Shown piece after piece: positions 9,867 to 20,027 of a stretch of DNA of 62,641 nucleotides (its first letter is position 1; the number at the start of each line of letters is the position of its first letter). The position numbers were made by a program, and so were the translations under genes. The DNA lies in contig JBHEOR010000003.1 of NCBI GenBank assembly GCA_046260685.1, positions 1 through 62,641 of the forward strand, read 5' to 3'. The stretch is from Desulfopila sp. GTDB taxonomy: Bacteria > Desulfobacterota > Desulfobulbia > Desulfobulbales > Desulfocapsaceae. The notes beneath the pieces were generated by a model. That model worked only from the letters and a program-made list of their open reading frames with translations, searched no databases and had not been told where the DNA came from.

Positions 9867-10882
9867 TAGCTCTCCATCGCGGCCGGCTGATTGCGGGCAA
9901 GATCTTCAGAAATCTTGTCCTTTATGTTGTTTTCCGAAACTTTCACCGCTTCGAGAATGGCATTTTTAATGGCCTGGGCATTTGATTTTCCATGGCAGAT
10001 GATACCGGTTCCGTTGATTCCAAGAAGCGGAGCGCCACCATATTCCGTATAGTCTACCCGTTTTTTAAACCTTGTAAAAGCAGGTTTCGCCAGCAAGTAT
10101 CCTATTTTGGCCAGCGGAGATTTGGAAATTTCCGTACGCAGCATCTGCATAATGGCATCGGCAAGCCCTTCGCTGACCTTGAGGATATTATTGCCGACAA
10201 ACCCGTCGCAGACAATAACATCGACATCACCTTTATACACATCGCGGCCTTCAACGTTGCCTATAAAGTTGAGAGAACTGTGCTGGAGCAATTCGTAGGT
10301 CTCCTTGACCAGAGTATTGCCTTTTCCGGTTTCCTCTCCAATTGACAGTATACCGACACGGGGCCGGTCGATTCTGGAGAGCTCGGCGAAGGCCGAAGCC
10401 ATTATAGCAAACTGAAAAAGGTGCGAAGGTCGGCAATCGACATTGGCGCCTATATCCATTATCGTTACCGGTTTTTTCAAGGTGGGAAACATCGAGGCGA
10501 TTCCAGGGCGCAGGACGTTTTTGACCCGGCCAAGCTTTCGCAATGCGGCCGCCAGCGTCGCTCCGGAATTTCCCGCACTGACAACTCCGGCCGCATCGCC
10601 GTTTTTGACCATCTCGAAGGCGACCATAATAGAGGCGTCCTTCTTGCGGCGAATGGCATCTACCGGATATTCATCCATCCCGACGACCTGGGATGCATGG
10701 GCTATCCCCAGGGAAGATACCAGGTCACCACTCCCTGGAATTGTATCTATTCTGGTCTGCAACAGTTCGGAGTCACCCACCAGGGTGACTTGAATGCCGG
10801 CCTCTTTAATGGCCAGTAACGCCCCGGTTATCAATTCTTCTGGGCCAAAATCCCCACCCATGGCATCCAGGGCAATATGCAC
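9866..10882 (-). CDS. plsX: Phosphate acyltransferase PlsX
   Basis: IALDAMGGDFGP, SAGNSGA, DIGANVD, CDGFVGN and GGAPLLG. Confidence 0.97.
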   Translation of the reverse strand: MHIALDAMGGDFGPEELITGALLAIKEAGIQVTLVGDSELLQTRIDTIPGSGDLVSSLGIAHASQVVGMDEYPVDAIRRKKDASIMVAFEMVKNGDAAGVVSAGNSGATLAAALRKLGRVKNVLRPGIASMFPTLKKPVTIMDIGANVDCRPSHLFQFAIMASAFAELSRIDRPRVGILSIGEETGKGNTLVKETYELLQHSSLNFIGNVEGRDVYKGDVDVIVCDGFVGNNILKVSEGLADAIMQMLRTEISKSPLAKIGYLLAKPAFTRFKKRVDYTEYGGAPLLGINGTGIICHGKSNAQAIKNAILEAVKVSENNIKDKISEDLARNQPAAMES

Positions 10883-10891
10883 GTCGCACTC

Positions 10892-11080
10892 CTACTCTAT
10901 GTCTGCATCCATGTGGTATACAGTGCGGCCTTTGTAGGTCCCGCATCTGCCGCAGAGCCGATGCGACTCTTTTGGCTCACCACATTCAGAACAGGTAGAA
11001 ATCCCGGGTGCCTTCAGGGCATCATGAGAACGTCTTTTGCGTGTCCTGGAGTACGAATGTCTTCTTTTGGGTAATGCCAT
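10892..11080 (-). CDS. rpmF: 50S ribosomal protein L32
   Basis: MALPKRRHS...RRSH, CSECG and CGRCGTYKG. Confidence 0.97.
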   Translation of the reverse strand: MALPKRRHSYSRTRKRRSHDALKAPGISTCSECGEPKESHRLCGRCGTYKGRTVYHMDADIE

Positions 11081-11116
11081 GGTTTCCTCCGATGTATCCT
11101 CAGGCGACGTGGCCTG

Positions 11117-11653
11117 TTACTTTTTAAGTTTTTGTAGAACTGCAAACGGCGAGTCGGAATAATCTTCCGCACAGCTGCACGGCTCGTTGTTCAACTGAGC
11201 TCCGCATTTGTGACACACGCCTTTGCACTGCTTTTTGCAGAGCAGTTTTTCCGGCATGGAAAGTATCAACTGCTCCAGTAATATCTCGTCTGTGTCTATT
11301 TCCGGCGTATCGAGGTAGACGGTTTCGATATCCTCATCGCTGCATTGCAGATCTTCATGGTAACGCGCCCTGTCCTGCCCACATCTGAATGTATACCTAA
11401 ACTCTTCATCCACCGAATGGGCGAGTTCACAACCGCAACGACTGCACAGTGCATCAACTATGGCCTGCAATCGACCGTCCAGCGCCACAGCCGCGCCATC
11501 ATCCAGTAACGAAAGGACGATATCAGCTTCGGGTCCATGCACGAATACCAGACCGGACCCGGCGGACCAGCCATCATCTTTTATAATCCGCTGAAGACCC
11601 CGGAGGGGAATGTCGCCAAAGGCAATCTTCACATCTACACACTCTTGCAACAT
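11117..11653 (-). CDS. yceD: DUF177/YceD family protein
   Basis: CSRC, LCKKQCKGVCHKCG..LN..PCSC and PFAVL; lies directly upstream of rpmF. Confidence 0.9.
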   Translation of the reverse strand: MLQECVDVKIAFGDIPLRGLQRIIKDDGWSAGSGLVFVHGPEADIVLSLLDDGAAVALDGRLQAIVDALCSRCGCELAHSVDEEFRYTFRCGQDRARYHEDLQCSDEDIETVYLDTPEIDTDEILLEQLILSMPEKLLCKKQCKGVCHKCGAQLNNEPCSCAEDYSDSPFAVLQKLKK

Positions 11654-11745
11654 TGGACAAATAACAGAGGAACGAAATATGACAGGATAAACAATTTCAT
11701 ATAAAATGGCTAGAAAAAAATTATGACGCAGGCCAATTCAGGCTG

Positions 11746-12165
11746 CTACAGGACGTGCGCCAACCTCTCTGAATTCGCCTGCAACCGCATTGACGCTGTG
11801 CTGAGTGCTTTTTTAAGGATTGTAAATGCCAAACGAGGCTCCCTGCGTTCCAGTGCTGAAAAAGCCTCGGTGCTCAGAAACACAAGAACACTGTCCTGCA
11901 GCGCATAAACAGTCATCACCCGCAAGGCCGGCCCGGCAAGTCCGTTTTCGCCAACAATCGCCCCTGGGTCAAGGAGCGCGATGACCTGCTGCTTGTCTTC
12001 AAACCCCGTGGAGGTCTGCACCCCAAGGCGACCACTTTGCAGAAAAAAGATGCCTTGGGCACGTTCTCCCGGAGTGTACAGCTTTTCTCCAACACCCAGC
12101 AACACTTCTTCAAGATGAGGCTTAAGTACCCTATTTTCCTCTTCATTCAACTGAGTCAAAAACAT
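11746..12165 (-). CDS. Standalone cyclic-nucleotide-binding domain protein
   Basis: LYTPGE...FFLQSGRL...LDPGAIVGE...R...VYAL pattern of the cNMP beta-barrel; no HTH. Confidence 0.8.
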   Translation of the reverse strand: MFLTQLNEEENRVLKPHLEEVLLGVGEKLYTPGERAQGIFFLQSGRLGVQTSTGFEDKQQVIALLDPGAIVGENGLAGPALRVMTVYALQDSVLVFLSTEAFSALERREPRLAFTILKKALSTASMRLQANSERLAHVL

Positions 12166-12199
12166 TGAAAATCACCGGCATACTTCCATTAAAGCCACG

Positions 12200-12814
12200 T
12201 TAGAAAGATTGATTTTTTTCTTCAATAGTACGCAACAGTCCTTCAAACTTTTTCTTGTGCAATATAGACTTGAACTGCGCCCTGTAGTTGCGAATAAGAC
12301 TCACCCCTTCAATATTGACATCATAGACCATCCACTTGTCCTGTTCTTGGCGCATAACATAATAGACCGGGTATGTATTGCCGTCATTTTTGACCACCGT
12401 GGAAACCTGGGCACGCCCGCTCCGTATTCGCTCATCGACATACTCAACGGTCTGGCCGGAATAGTTCTCCAACTGGCCGATATAGTTGTTCTCGAGCAAT
12501 TTGGTCATCTGGGTGACGAATGCTTCCCGTTCTTCGCTGGTGATCCCTCTCCACGTAGAACCAAGAACACGCTTGGACATTTCATCGAAATCAAAACGTT
12601 TCTTGACAACCTCCATAACAATCCTGCGCCGCTTCTCCCTGTTTTTTTCACCCTCCAGTTCAGGGTCCAGGATTATTTCGACAAGCCTCTCCAGGGTCGG
12701 CCGAAGCTGCTGCGTCGGTCCTTGTGCAACGGCATGGACGCTTGAAGCACATACTCCCATAAAAAACATCACGCACACTGCCAAAACACTATATCTGCTG
12801 CTTGCAAATTTCAT
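12200..12814 (-). CDS. mlaC: MlaC/Ttg2D periplasmic phospholipid-binding protein
   Basis: Signal peptide, FDFDEMSKRVLG and WMVYDVNIEGVSLIRNYRAQF. Start set at ATG 12814 behind a GGAGG RBS. Confidence 0.9.
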   Translation of the reverse strand: MKFASSRYSVLAVCVMFFMGVCASSVHAVAQGPTQQLRPTLERLVEIILDPELEGEKNREKRRRIVMEVVKKRFDFDEMSKRVLGSTWRGITSEEREAFVTQMTKLLENNYIGQLENYSGQTVEYVDERIRSGRAQVSTVVKNDGNTYPVYYVMRQEQDKWMVYDVNIEGVSLIRNYRAQFKSILHKKKFEGLLRTIEEKNQSF

Positions 12815-12912
12815 CGTTTCCTTTCCTCCAAAAACACCCCCAGGCATAAACACGCCTGAAAAATTCCTGTAACGATCAGCCTGGCCACACCGAACACCAC
12901 ACCGAAAAATTA

Positions 12913-13092
12913 GGGCCTGTCAACAAATAACATGGCCATATTGCATCTCATCTTCAGGCCATCTTTGGCTGCGGCTCAATCGTAAAATCCTCAACGTAGC
13001 GCTGCTACGCCTGCGGTTTTACGCTGATCGCCACAACCAAATCTGACCCAAATCTTAGCGCAATCTTGGCCATGTTATTTGTGAACAGGCCC
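12913..13092. mobile_element. 180-bp MITE-like element with ~26-bp terminal inverted repeats and TTA target duplication
   Basis: GGGCCTGTCAACAAATAACATGGCCA ... TGGCCATGTTATTTGTGAACAGGCCC, flanked by TTA at 12910-12912 and 13093-13095; no ORF inside. Confidence 0.85.
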
Positions 13093-13096
13093 TTAC

Positions 13097-13891
13097 TCAC
13101 CATTGCGCCGTCTGTTCTGACCGGTTGTTATCAACTCTGTTTCTACGATAATCATAAAAAGCCTGGCGTAACGACGCATAGGGATCAATGGAATATCTTT
13201 TGAGATCTTCATATCGTTGTGCGCTCAGGGAAAGGCCATTGACCCTGTTGATGGAATAGTACGCGGCCGTCTCGGCAGTTGTCATATCGATATAGTACGT
13301 GGTGCCTGCAAAGACATCACCGGCCATACCCAATGAGTGACGAATATTTGAAGGACCGAGCACCGGCCAGCAAAGGTAGACGCCCTCTCCCACACCATAA
13401 ACTCCAAGCGTCTGGGCGAGATCCGCCGACTGCGGAGCGATATCCCATTGCTGTGCGGCCGCGTCAACAAAACCGTACACCCCCGCCGTCGAATTTATCA
13501 GAAATCGAGAAAAGACAACTCCGGCATCTGCAAACCTGCCCTGCAAGAGAGTGTTGACGAGACGCACCGGAGCCGCAAGATTGGTAAAGAAATTACTGAA
13601 GCTTTGGCGGAACTCAACCGGCACGGCATACGAATATCCGGTTTCAATTGGCCGTATGACCCAAAAGTAAAGCCTATCATTGAAGGTAAAAGAGATCCTG
13701 TTCAACGGCTCCAGAGGGTCATGGATTTTCAGTTGATTGTTATCCTCAACTCCAAAATCATCATACTCTTCGGCATAATAACTGTCATCGAGCAGATCAG
13801 GGGGCTCGGCAACACCTTCTTCCTTTGCCGCCGCCAGGCCGGCAACGGCGAGCAGACACGCCATGCAAAAAGATACTATCTTACCTTTCAT
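13097..13891 (-). CDS. mlaA: VacJ/MlaA family protein
   Basis: DPLEPLNR..F.FND, RFLINST.G..G..D, QTLGVYGVGEG.YL.WPVLGPS and DPYASLRQAF. Confidence 0.92.
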   Translation of the reverse strand: MKGKIVSFCMACLLAVAGLAAAKEEGVAEPPDLLDDSYYAEEYDDFGVEDNNQLKIHDPLEPLNRISFTFNDRLYFWVIRPIETGYSYAVPVEFRQSFSNFFTNLAAPVRLVNTLLQGRFADAGVVFSRFLINSTAGVYGFVDAAAQQWDIAPQSADLAQTLGVYGVGEGVYLCWPVLGPSNIRHSLGMAGDVFAGTTYYIDMTTAETAAYYSINRVNGLSLSAQRYEDLKRYSIDPYASLRQAFYDYRRNRVDNNRSEQTAQW

Positions 13892-14055
13892 ATACATTCT
13901 CTTTTGTGTTTGATGACGGACAAAACTCCACTCGACGAACGAAGAAACCCTTGAATCTTTTGTCTGAGCTGTGCTTGTCATCAGCCTTTTGTATCCATGA
14001 TACGGTATATCTATGATACCGACATCCCCCAGAAAGCATCCACCGCGTGCAAGGC

Positions 14056-14502
14056 TCAGTTGGCACTTCCAAAGGCAAATTTACTGATGAGAGACTCAAT
14101 ATCAACAGAAGATTCCGTGTCGACGATTACATCACCTTCGGCAAGCATCTCTTCATCTCCGCCAAGGCTGATCTGGATGAACTTATCACCGATGATGCCC
14201 TGTGATTTCACCGAAGCCATGGAATCCCGGGGGATCTTGATATCGTTGTCGATTCTCAGCGTCAGATTGGCATATTCATCAACCAGAGAGAGTTCCGTCA
14301 CTTTACCGACACCCACCCCTGCAACCTGGACGGACGCCCCTTTCTTTATGCCGGCAACGTTGACAAACTCGGCCTGCACCGTATAGCGTTGGCCTGCACT
14401 CAGTATAGAGACCTCTCCCAGGTTAAAGGCCAGGTAGACCAGTGCCGCAAACCCCGCCAGTATAAACATACCGACAACCATTTCAATGTGTGATTTTTTC
14501 AT
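14056..14502 (-). CDS. mlaD: MlaD (MCE domain) protein
   Basis: VVGMF TM helix, GASVQVAGVGVGKV and SQGIIGDKFIQISLG. Confidence 0.93.
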   Translation of the reverse strand: MKKSHIEMVVGMFILAGFAALVYLAFNLGEVSILSAGQRYTVQAEFVNVAGIKKGASVQVAGVGVGKVTELSLVDEYANLTLRIDNDIKIPRDSMASVKSQGIIGDKFIQISLGGDEEMLAEGDVIVDTESSVDIESLISKFAFGSAN

Positions 14503-15284
14503 ATTTCCACCAAACCACTCTGATAAATCTGTCCCATTGTAGTTTTGACAAAGTCCTGTATATGCTTTTTGTCCGACCATTGGATTTCTTCGGGACTGTC
14601 AAAGACGTCCATTGCGCCGTTGTGCAGAATGATCACCTGATCGGCAAGATTAAGCACCCGCGGTATATCATGGCTGACAATGACCGAGGTAAAACCCACC
14701 CGCTTTTGTGTTCGAGCAAACAACCTGTATATATCCTGGGTCATTACCGGATCAAGCCCCGTTGTGGGCTCATCAAACAGCATGATCTCAGGCTCCAGCT
14801 GCAGCGCCCTGGCAAGCCCGACCCGTTTGCGCATACCTCCGCTGAGCTGCGCCGGATAGCGCTCTTCGGCACCCGACAACTCAAGCTGCTCCAGAGTTTG
14901 ATGCACCTGCTCATGTATTTGCTCTTCGCTTTTCTTCGTTCTCTCGCGCAGCGGCAGGGCAACATTATCATACACCGTCATGGAGTCAAACAGGGCCGCC
15001 CCCTGGAACAATACGCCGAATCCGGTGCGCAGCTTTTCCAGGGCCCTGCCTCGTAATCCCGTAACATCCCTGCCCCCCACGACTATATGTCCCGCATCGG
15101 GCGCCATAAGGCCAAGAATTAATTTAAGCGTCACACTTTTGCCCTGGCCGCTGCCGCCGGCGATGACCGTTGTTTTGCCAGCCGGAATAGCAAAGGTGGC
15201 ACCGTCCAGTACGTACTGGTTTGCGCCATTGGCCCGGGTAAACGCTTTGACAACATCCCGAAACTGGATTGCAGTATCCGTCAT
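14499..15284 (-). CDS. mlaF: MlaF ABC transporter ATPase
   Basis: GGSGQGKS, LFQGAALFDS, LSGGMRKRVGLARA and DEPTTGLDP. Confidence 0.93.
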   Translation of the reverse strand: MTDTAIQFRDVVKAFTRANGANQYVLDGATFAIPAGKTTVIAGGSGQGKSVTLKLILGLMAPDAGHIVVGGRDVTGLRGRALEKLRTGFGVLFQGAALFDSMTVYDNVALPLRERTKKSEEQIHEQVHQTLEQLELSGAEERYPAQLSGGMRKRVGLARALQLEPEIMLFDEPTTGLDPVMTQDIYRLFARTQKRVGFTSVIVSHDIPRVLNLADQVIILHNGAMDVFDSPEEIQWSDKKHIQDFVKTTMGQIYQSGLVEI

Positions 15285-16072
15285 AGCAGCACCGCCGTCA
15301 ATAAATAATCAAATACCAGTACGGCAATGGAAGAAAGCACCACCGCCTGGGTGGTCACCCTGCTGACACTCTCGGCACCAAAACCGGCACCTCGAATTTC
15401 GCGAACAAAAAAGCCTCTGCCGGTACATATCCAGACAACCAGGAGACTGAAGACAACCGATTTGACGAATCCAAGATAAATATCGTGGCTGGTGACGGAT
15501 GTGCGCATTCCATCGATAAAACTTCCAGGATTGACGCCCATGAGCTTGACCCCGGCAATATAGCCTCCGGCGATACCGATGACATCAAAAAGGGCCGTCA
15601 GCAGCGGCACGGAAATCAGGGCGGCAATAAATTTTGGTGTTATCAAATACCTGTAAGGATCGATCGCCATGCAGTCCAGGGCATCTATCTGCTCGGAAAT
15701 GGCCATGATACCAAGCTCGGCGCACATTGCCGAACCGGCGCGCCCTGCCACCATCAACGCTGTGAGAACAGGTCCGAGTTCCATGATCAGGGTCAGGGAA
15801 ACAGCGGAGCCAAGCATACCTTCGGCGCCGAACTTACTCAGAGAATAGTAACCTTGCAGTCCAAGTACCATACCGGTGGAAAGAGCCGTGAAAAAAATAA
15901 CAGCCAGGGAACCGGCGCCGATAAAATGGACCTGTTTGATACATTCACGCAGGCGAAAGGGTGTCTTGAAAACCGCGGTAATAGCCTTGAAAAAAAAGAC
16001 GCCCATTCTCCCGAGATCTTCAACGATATGGATTCCGCGCCTGCCAAGATTTTCGATTACGTTCAATTGCAT
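15281..16072 (-). CDS. mlaE: MlaE ABC transporter permease
   Basis: ELGPVLTALMVAGRAGSAMCAELG and EQIDAL..M..DP. The start position is uncertain. Confidence 0.93.
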   Translation of the reverse strand: MQLNVIENLGRRGIHIVEDLGRMGVFFFKAITAVFKTPFRLRECIKQVHFIGAGSLAVIFFTALSTGMVLGLQGYYSLSKFGAEGMLGSAVSLTLIMELGPVLTALMVAGRAGSAMCAELGIMAISEQIDALDCMAIDPYRYLITPKFIAALISVPLLTALFDVIGIAGGYIAGVKLMGVNPGSFIDGMRTSVTSHDIYLGFVKSVVFSLLVVWICTGRGFFVREIRGAGFGAESVSRVTTQAVVLSSIAVLVFDYLLTAVLL

Positions 16073-16203
16073 TTTCCATTTTCCCGAATGGCCGGCCACC
16101 TTTAAGATTACCTTATAGATGCCCTGATAAAACCCTGAAGAAACTCTCATCCTCTTGAGATGCGCCCAAAAAAATACCTGAGATAGCTGATTATCAGAAA
16201 AAG

Positions 16204-16232
16204 ATAATATATAGTTTGCAGCACTCTGTCAA
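16204..16232 (-). promoter_or_regulatory. Putative sigma70 promoter of the mla operon
   Basis: TTGACA-17 nt-TATTAT on the minus strand. Confidence 0.6.
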
Positions 16233-16277
16233 TCTCGATACTATCACACCTCTATCCAGCTCCTGGTCATTTTCCGA

Positions 16278-17318
16278 TCACCTTCTTGGATCAAAACTGT
16301 CACGCAGTGCTTCGCCTATAAAAATCAATAAAACCAGCATACCGACCAGGGCTCCAAAACTGGACAGCGACAGCCACCAGGCATCGATATTGGCCTTGCC
16401 CTGGGCCAGCAGCTCACCCAGACTCGGAGTTGAGGGCGGTACTCCCAAACCAAGAAAGTCAAGGCTTGTCAATGCTAGAATGGCAGCCGACATGCGAAAC
16501 GGCAGAAAGGTGATAACCGGGGTCATGGCATTGGGCAGCAGATGCCGCCACATTATCGTCAGATTTCCCACTCCCAGGGCACGTGCCGCAGTCACATATT
16601 CAAGATTTCGGCCCCTTAAGAATTCAGCCCGAACATAGTCGGACAAACCCATCCAGCTGAAAAGCGACAGCAGCACCAGCAGTAAAAGCACACTCGGAGA
16701 AAAGACCGAGGAGAAGATGATAAGGAGATAGAGCTCCGGCATGGAGCTCCAGATCTCGATGAATCTCTGGGTAAAAAGATCGGTCCTTCCACCGATATAG
16801 CCCTGCAGCGCGCCGGCTGCGATTCCCACCAGCGTTCCCACCACGGTAAGGCTCAGGCCAAATAACACACTCAATCTGAAACCATAGATCAGTCTGGCCA
16901 GAACATCTCTTCCGCGGTCATCGGTACCAAGATAATTGTCATTGCTTGGCGGCGAGGGTACCGGACCGTCAATGGTCATGTTGATGGTGTCATAGGAGAA
17001 TTTGTTTAACGGAAAAACGGCATAGTCATCCGGATCAGCCAGCAGTTCGGCAAAATAGGGATCCAGATAGTCCGCTTCCGTGGCAAAATCTCCGCCGAAT
17101 GTGGTCTCGGCATATGGTTTGAGAACAGGAAAGTAGTACGTGCCCTGATAATGGACAACAATGGGTTTGTCGTTGCTGAGGAATTCGGCAAACAGGCTCA
17201 GAAAAAAGAGTATCCCAAAGACAATGAGGCTGTAAAAACCCCGTCTGTTGCGCCGAAAGCGGCGCCATCTCCTGGCATACATGCCAATCTGAGTATCTGC
17301 AGCTGTTGTGCTCATCAA
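16278..17318 (-). CDS. yejE: Peptide/microcin C ABC permease, YejE-like
   Basis: LGTDDRGRDVLARLIYGFRLS, RAEFLRGR and LDFLGLGVPPSTPSLGELL. Confidence 0.85.
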   Translation of the reverse strand: MMSTTAADTQIGMYARRWRRFRRNRRGFYSLIVFGILFFLSLFAEFLSNDKPIVVHYQGTYYFPVLKPYAETTFGGDFATEADYLDPYFAELLADPDDYAVFPLNKFSYDTINMTIDGPVPSPPSNDNYLGTDDRGRDVLARLIYGFRLSVLFGLSLTVVGTLVGIAAGALQGYIGGRTDLFTQRFIEIWSSMPELYLLIIFSSVFSPSVLLLLVLLSLFSWMGLSDYVRAEFLRGRNLEYVTAARALGVGNLTIMWRHLLPNAMTPVITFLPFRMSAAILALTSLDFLGLGVPPSTPSLGELLAQGKANIDAWWLSLSSFGALVGMLVLLIFIGEALRDSFDPRR

Positions 17319-17326
17319 CGTTTTAC

Positions 17327-18379
17327 CTATTCCAGCCTGTCAAAACCGATACGCGGATCAACAATCACATAGCTGATATCCGAGAGCAAGCGGGCGACAA
17401 GGCCCAGTATAGTAAAGAAATAGAGGGTGCCCAGCACTATGGGATAGTCTCGATTGAGAACCGCCTCATAGGCAAGCAGCCCCATGCCGTCGAGGGAAAA
17501 TATGGTCTCGATGAGCAGGCTTCCGGTGAAAAAAGCGGCGAGAAAATAGCCGGGGAAGCCTGTTATGATGGGGATAATGGCATTTCTGAAAACGTGCTTA
17601 TAGAGCACCGTTTTTTCCTGAAGCCCTTTGGCCCTGGCGGTCAGCACATACTGTTTATTGATTTCCTCGAGAAATGAATTCTTAGTGAGCATGGTCATCA
17701 CCGCCAGACTGCCCACCGCACTGGAAATAATGGGCAGTACCATATGCCAAAGATAATCGAGAATTTTGGCAACCAATGACAACTCACTCCAGTTATCGGA
17801 GACCAGTCCTCGCAACGGGAAAATATTGAAAAAACTCCCTCCACCAAAAAACACCAGGAGCGCGATCCCCAGAACGAAACCGGGAATGGCGTATCCCACC
17901 AGAATCACCGTGCTGCTAAAGACATCAAAGGGAGAACCATGGCGTACCGCCTTGGCAATCCCCAGCGGCACACAGACGCCGTACACTATGATAAAACTCC
18001 ACAGCCCCAGAGACATGGAGACCGGAAGCTTGGAGATCACCAGTTCCACCACCGTCTTTTTATAATAATACGAGGAGCCGAAGTCAAAAACGAGGTAGCT
18101 CTTTATCATGGAAAAAAAGCGCATCACCGGTGGCTTATCAAAGCCATAGAGCTCCCTGAGCTGCTCCATCCGCTCACTTTCCAGCCCTGAAGCCGCACGA
18201 TACAGCGAGGACCCGCCGCCCCCCACTTCACCTCCGCCCTTGCCGATCCCTTCCATTTCGGCAATGAGCTGCTCCACCGGCCCTCCCGGCACAAACTGGG
18301 TAACGGTAAAGGTTATCACCATCACACCGAACAGGGTGGGTATCATGAGCAGAATTCTTTTGAAAATGTAGACGGTCAT
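17327..18379 (-). CDS. yejB: Peptide/microcin C ABC permease, YejB-like
   Basis: QFVPGGPVEQ, YGFDKP and LTKNSFLEEINKQYVLTARAKG. Confidence 0.85.
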   Translation of the reverse strand: MTVYIFKRILLMIPTLFGVMVITFTVTQFVPGGPVEQLIAEMEGIGKGGGEVGGGGSSLYRAASGLESERMEQLRELYGFDKPPVMRFFSMIKSYLVFDFGSSYYYKKTVVELVISKLPVSMSLGLWSFIIVYGVCVPLGIAKAVRHGSPFDVFSSTVILVGYAIPGFVLGIALLVFFGGGSFFNIFPLRGLVSDNWSELSLVAKILDYLWHMVLPIISSAVGSLAVMTMLTKNSFLEEINKQYVLTARAKGLQEKTVLYKHVFRNAIIPIITGFPGYFLAAFFTGSLLIETIFSLDGMGLLAYEAVLNRDYPIVLGTLYFFTILGLVARLLSDISYVIVDPRIGFDRLE

Positions 18380-18736
18380 ACGTGGAACTCAACTATTTAA
18401 GAATACCGGTATTGGAGCCGGCAGTTCGGGGCAAATTCACCAACAATGGCCTCCGCAGGGAGACACTGCACAGACATTCATTTCCGTGGTGAACCACATT
18501 TACGCAGAACGGATCCGTACACACCGCAGCGGCTGAATCAACAACGCAACGGCTGCATCATCTTAATGCATAGCCTCGATAATTTCCATGGATTTACACA
18601 ATCGCACGTCTTCAGGCCATTGTTGTCTGGAAATGACCGGCACAATAGAGCTGATGATTCACCCGAAACACTCAAGGGCCAGGACAGTTCAGTGTTATTG
18701 GTAATCAAGAAAATATATTATCGCTCGTGTACACAC

Positions 18737-18820
18737 GCATTATGCGTGTCGCATTATGCTTGTCGCATTATGCTTGTCGTATTATACGTGCCGTATTATG
18801 CTTGTCGTATTATGTTTGTC
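18737..18820. repeat. Tandem repeat, 14-bp unit GYATTATGCTTGTC x6
   Basis: gcattatgcgtgtc, gcattatgcttgtc x2, gtattatacgtgcc, gtattatgcttgtc, gtattatgtttgtc; upstream of rnd. Confidence 0.9.
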
Positions 18821-18901
18821 CGTTAGTTCAAGTTTAGTTTTAGTAGTATTTCAGCACAGCGGACAACCTTTTCACCGGCAAGTAACCATAGAGTAAACAT
18901 A

Positions 18902-20014
18902 ATGACCATTATTACATCATCCGAGGCACTTCATGACCTGATCCAGCAGGCCCATGCGACAAATGCCGTGGCGATCGACACCGAATTTGTCTGGACGAAG
19001 ACGTACTTTCCGCGCCTCGGGCTGATCCAGCTGGCGCTTTCCGATGAAGACTGCCACCTGATCGATCCTCTTGCCATAGAAGACCTTTCTCCGCTCGGTG
19101 ACCTTCTGGGGGATCAGAAGGTCATAAAGATTCTTCACGACGCACCGCAGGATCTGGCAATCCTTCAACAGGCCACGGGGAGTGTGCCCAAAAACATTTT
19201 CGATACACGCCTGGCCGCCGGTTTTGCCAGTCTCCCCGCAACACTTTCGCTGTGCAACCTCATTGAAGAATTGCTCGATATCACCCTTTCCAAAACCCAG
19301 ACCCGAACCAACTGGCTCAAACGCCCGCTGGACGAGGAACAGATAGAATATGCTCTCAACGATGTACGCTATCTTCGAGCCGCCCGAGTCATCCTTATGA
19401 ACAGAATTATCGGTCCGGAAATCAAATCGTGGCTCCAGGAAGAACTCGACTATCTCAACCACCCGCACCACTACAACGGCCTGCAGGAAAATAACCGCTA
19501 CAAGAAGATTCGAGGAGCCAAAGGGTTGGACCAGACCGGGCTGGCCATTCTCAGAGAACTGGTCATTGGCCGGGAACGCATTGCCCGAAAGATCAATCGG
19601 CCCCGCGGCCATGTGGTTACGGACAGCATTCTCATTGATATAAGCAGGAAACACCTTACAACTCTGGACCAGCTCCATCAAAAAACAGCGCTTTCAACAC
19701 GAGTGGTGGAACACTGGGGACCACAACTGATCGCGGCGACTCAGGCCGGACTGGCCTGTCCTCTCGAAGACCGCCCCAAACTTGAGCAACCGATCCGCCT
19801 CAACACAAAAAACACCCAGATGCTCGACCGGCTGCACGAGTTCATACAACTCAAAAGCAGCGTACAGGGGATCGACCCCACGCTGATAGGCAACTCCAAT
19901 GAGTTAAAAAAACTTGTTAAGATTCTCAATAAATCATGCACATCGGAGATGGTACGACAAATGGAAGGGTGGCGCAGCACCTTTTTGAACGATTTTTTCC
20001 GCTATGCAATGTGA
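18902..20014 (+). CDS. rnd: Ribonuclease D
   Basis: AIDTEF, LIQL, FDTRLAA, W.KRPL...Q.EYA..DV (DEDDy) plus an HRDC region. Confidence 0.93.
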   Translation: MTIITSSEALHDLIQQAHATNAVAIDTEFVWTKTYFPRLGLIQLALSDEDCHLIDPLAIEDLSPLGDLLGDQKVIKILHDAPQDLAILQQATGSVPKNIFDTRLAAGFASLPATLSLCNLIEELLDITLSKTQTRTNWLKRPLDEEQIEYALNDVRYLRAARVILMNRIIGPEIKSWLQEELDYLNHPHHYNGLQENNRYKKIRGAKGLDQTGLAILRELVIGRERIARKINRPRGHVVTDSILIDISRKHLTTLDQLHQKTALSTRVVEHWGPQLIAATQAGLACPLEDRPKLEQPIRLNTKNTQMLDRLHEFIQLKSSVQGIDPTLIGNSNELKKLVKILNKSCTSEMVRQMEGWRSTFLNDFFRYAM

Positions 20015-20027
20015 CATCAAAAACACC

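Noticed and set aside
12172-12189. In-frame ATG-GAA-GTA-TGC-CGG-TGA upstream of the cNMP gene as a second Sec readthrough
   Set aside because: There is no redox motif context or convincing downstream hairpin, and the domain is complete from ATG 12165.
16278-18379. yejBE without yejA/yejF as a novel transporter
   Set aside because: Split ABC operons are common and the partners are probably elsewhere in the genome.
18737-18820. Tandem repeats here and at 32910 as CRISPR arrays
   Set aside because: The units are contiguous, 13-14 bp long, and have no spacers.
18917-19681. Long antisense ORFs (this one, 19926-20798, 39324-40211, 46578-47468, 50763-51506 and similar)
   Set aside because: They are shadows of well-supported genes on the opposite strand and carry no family motifs.
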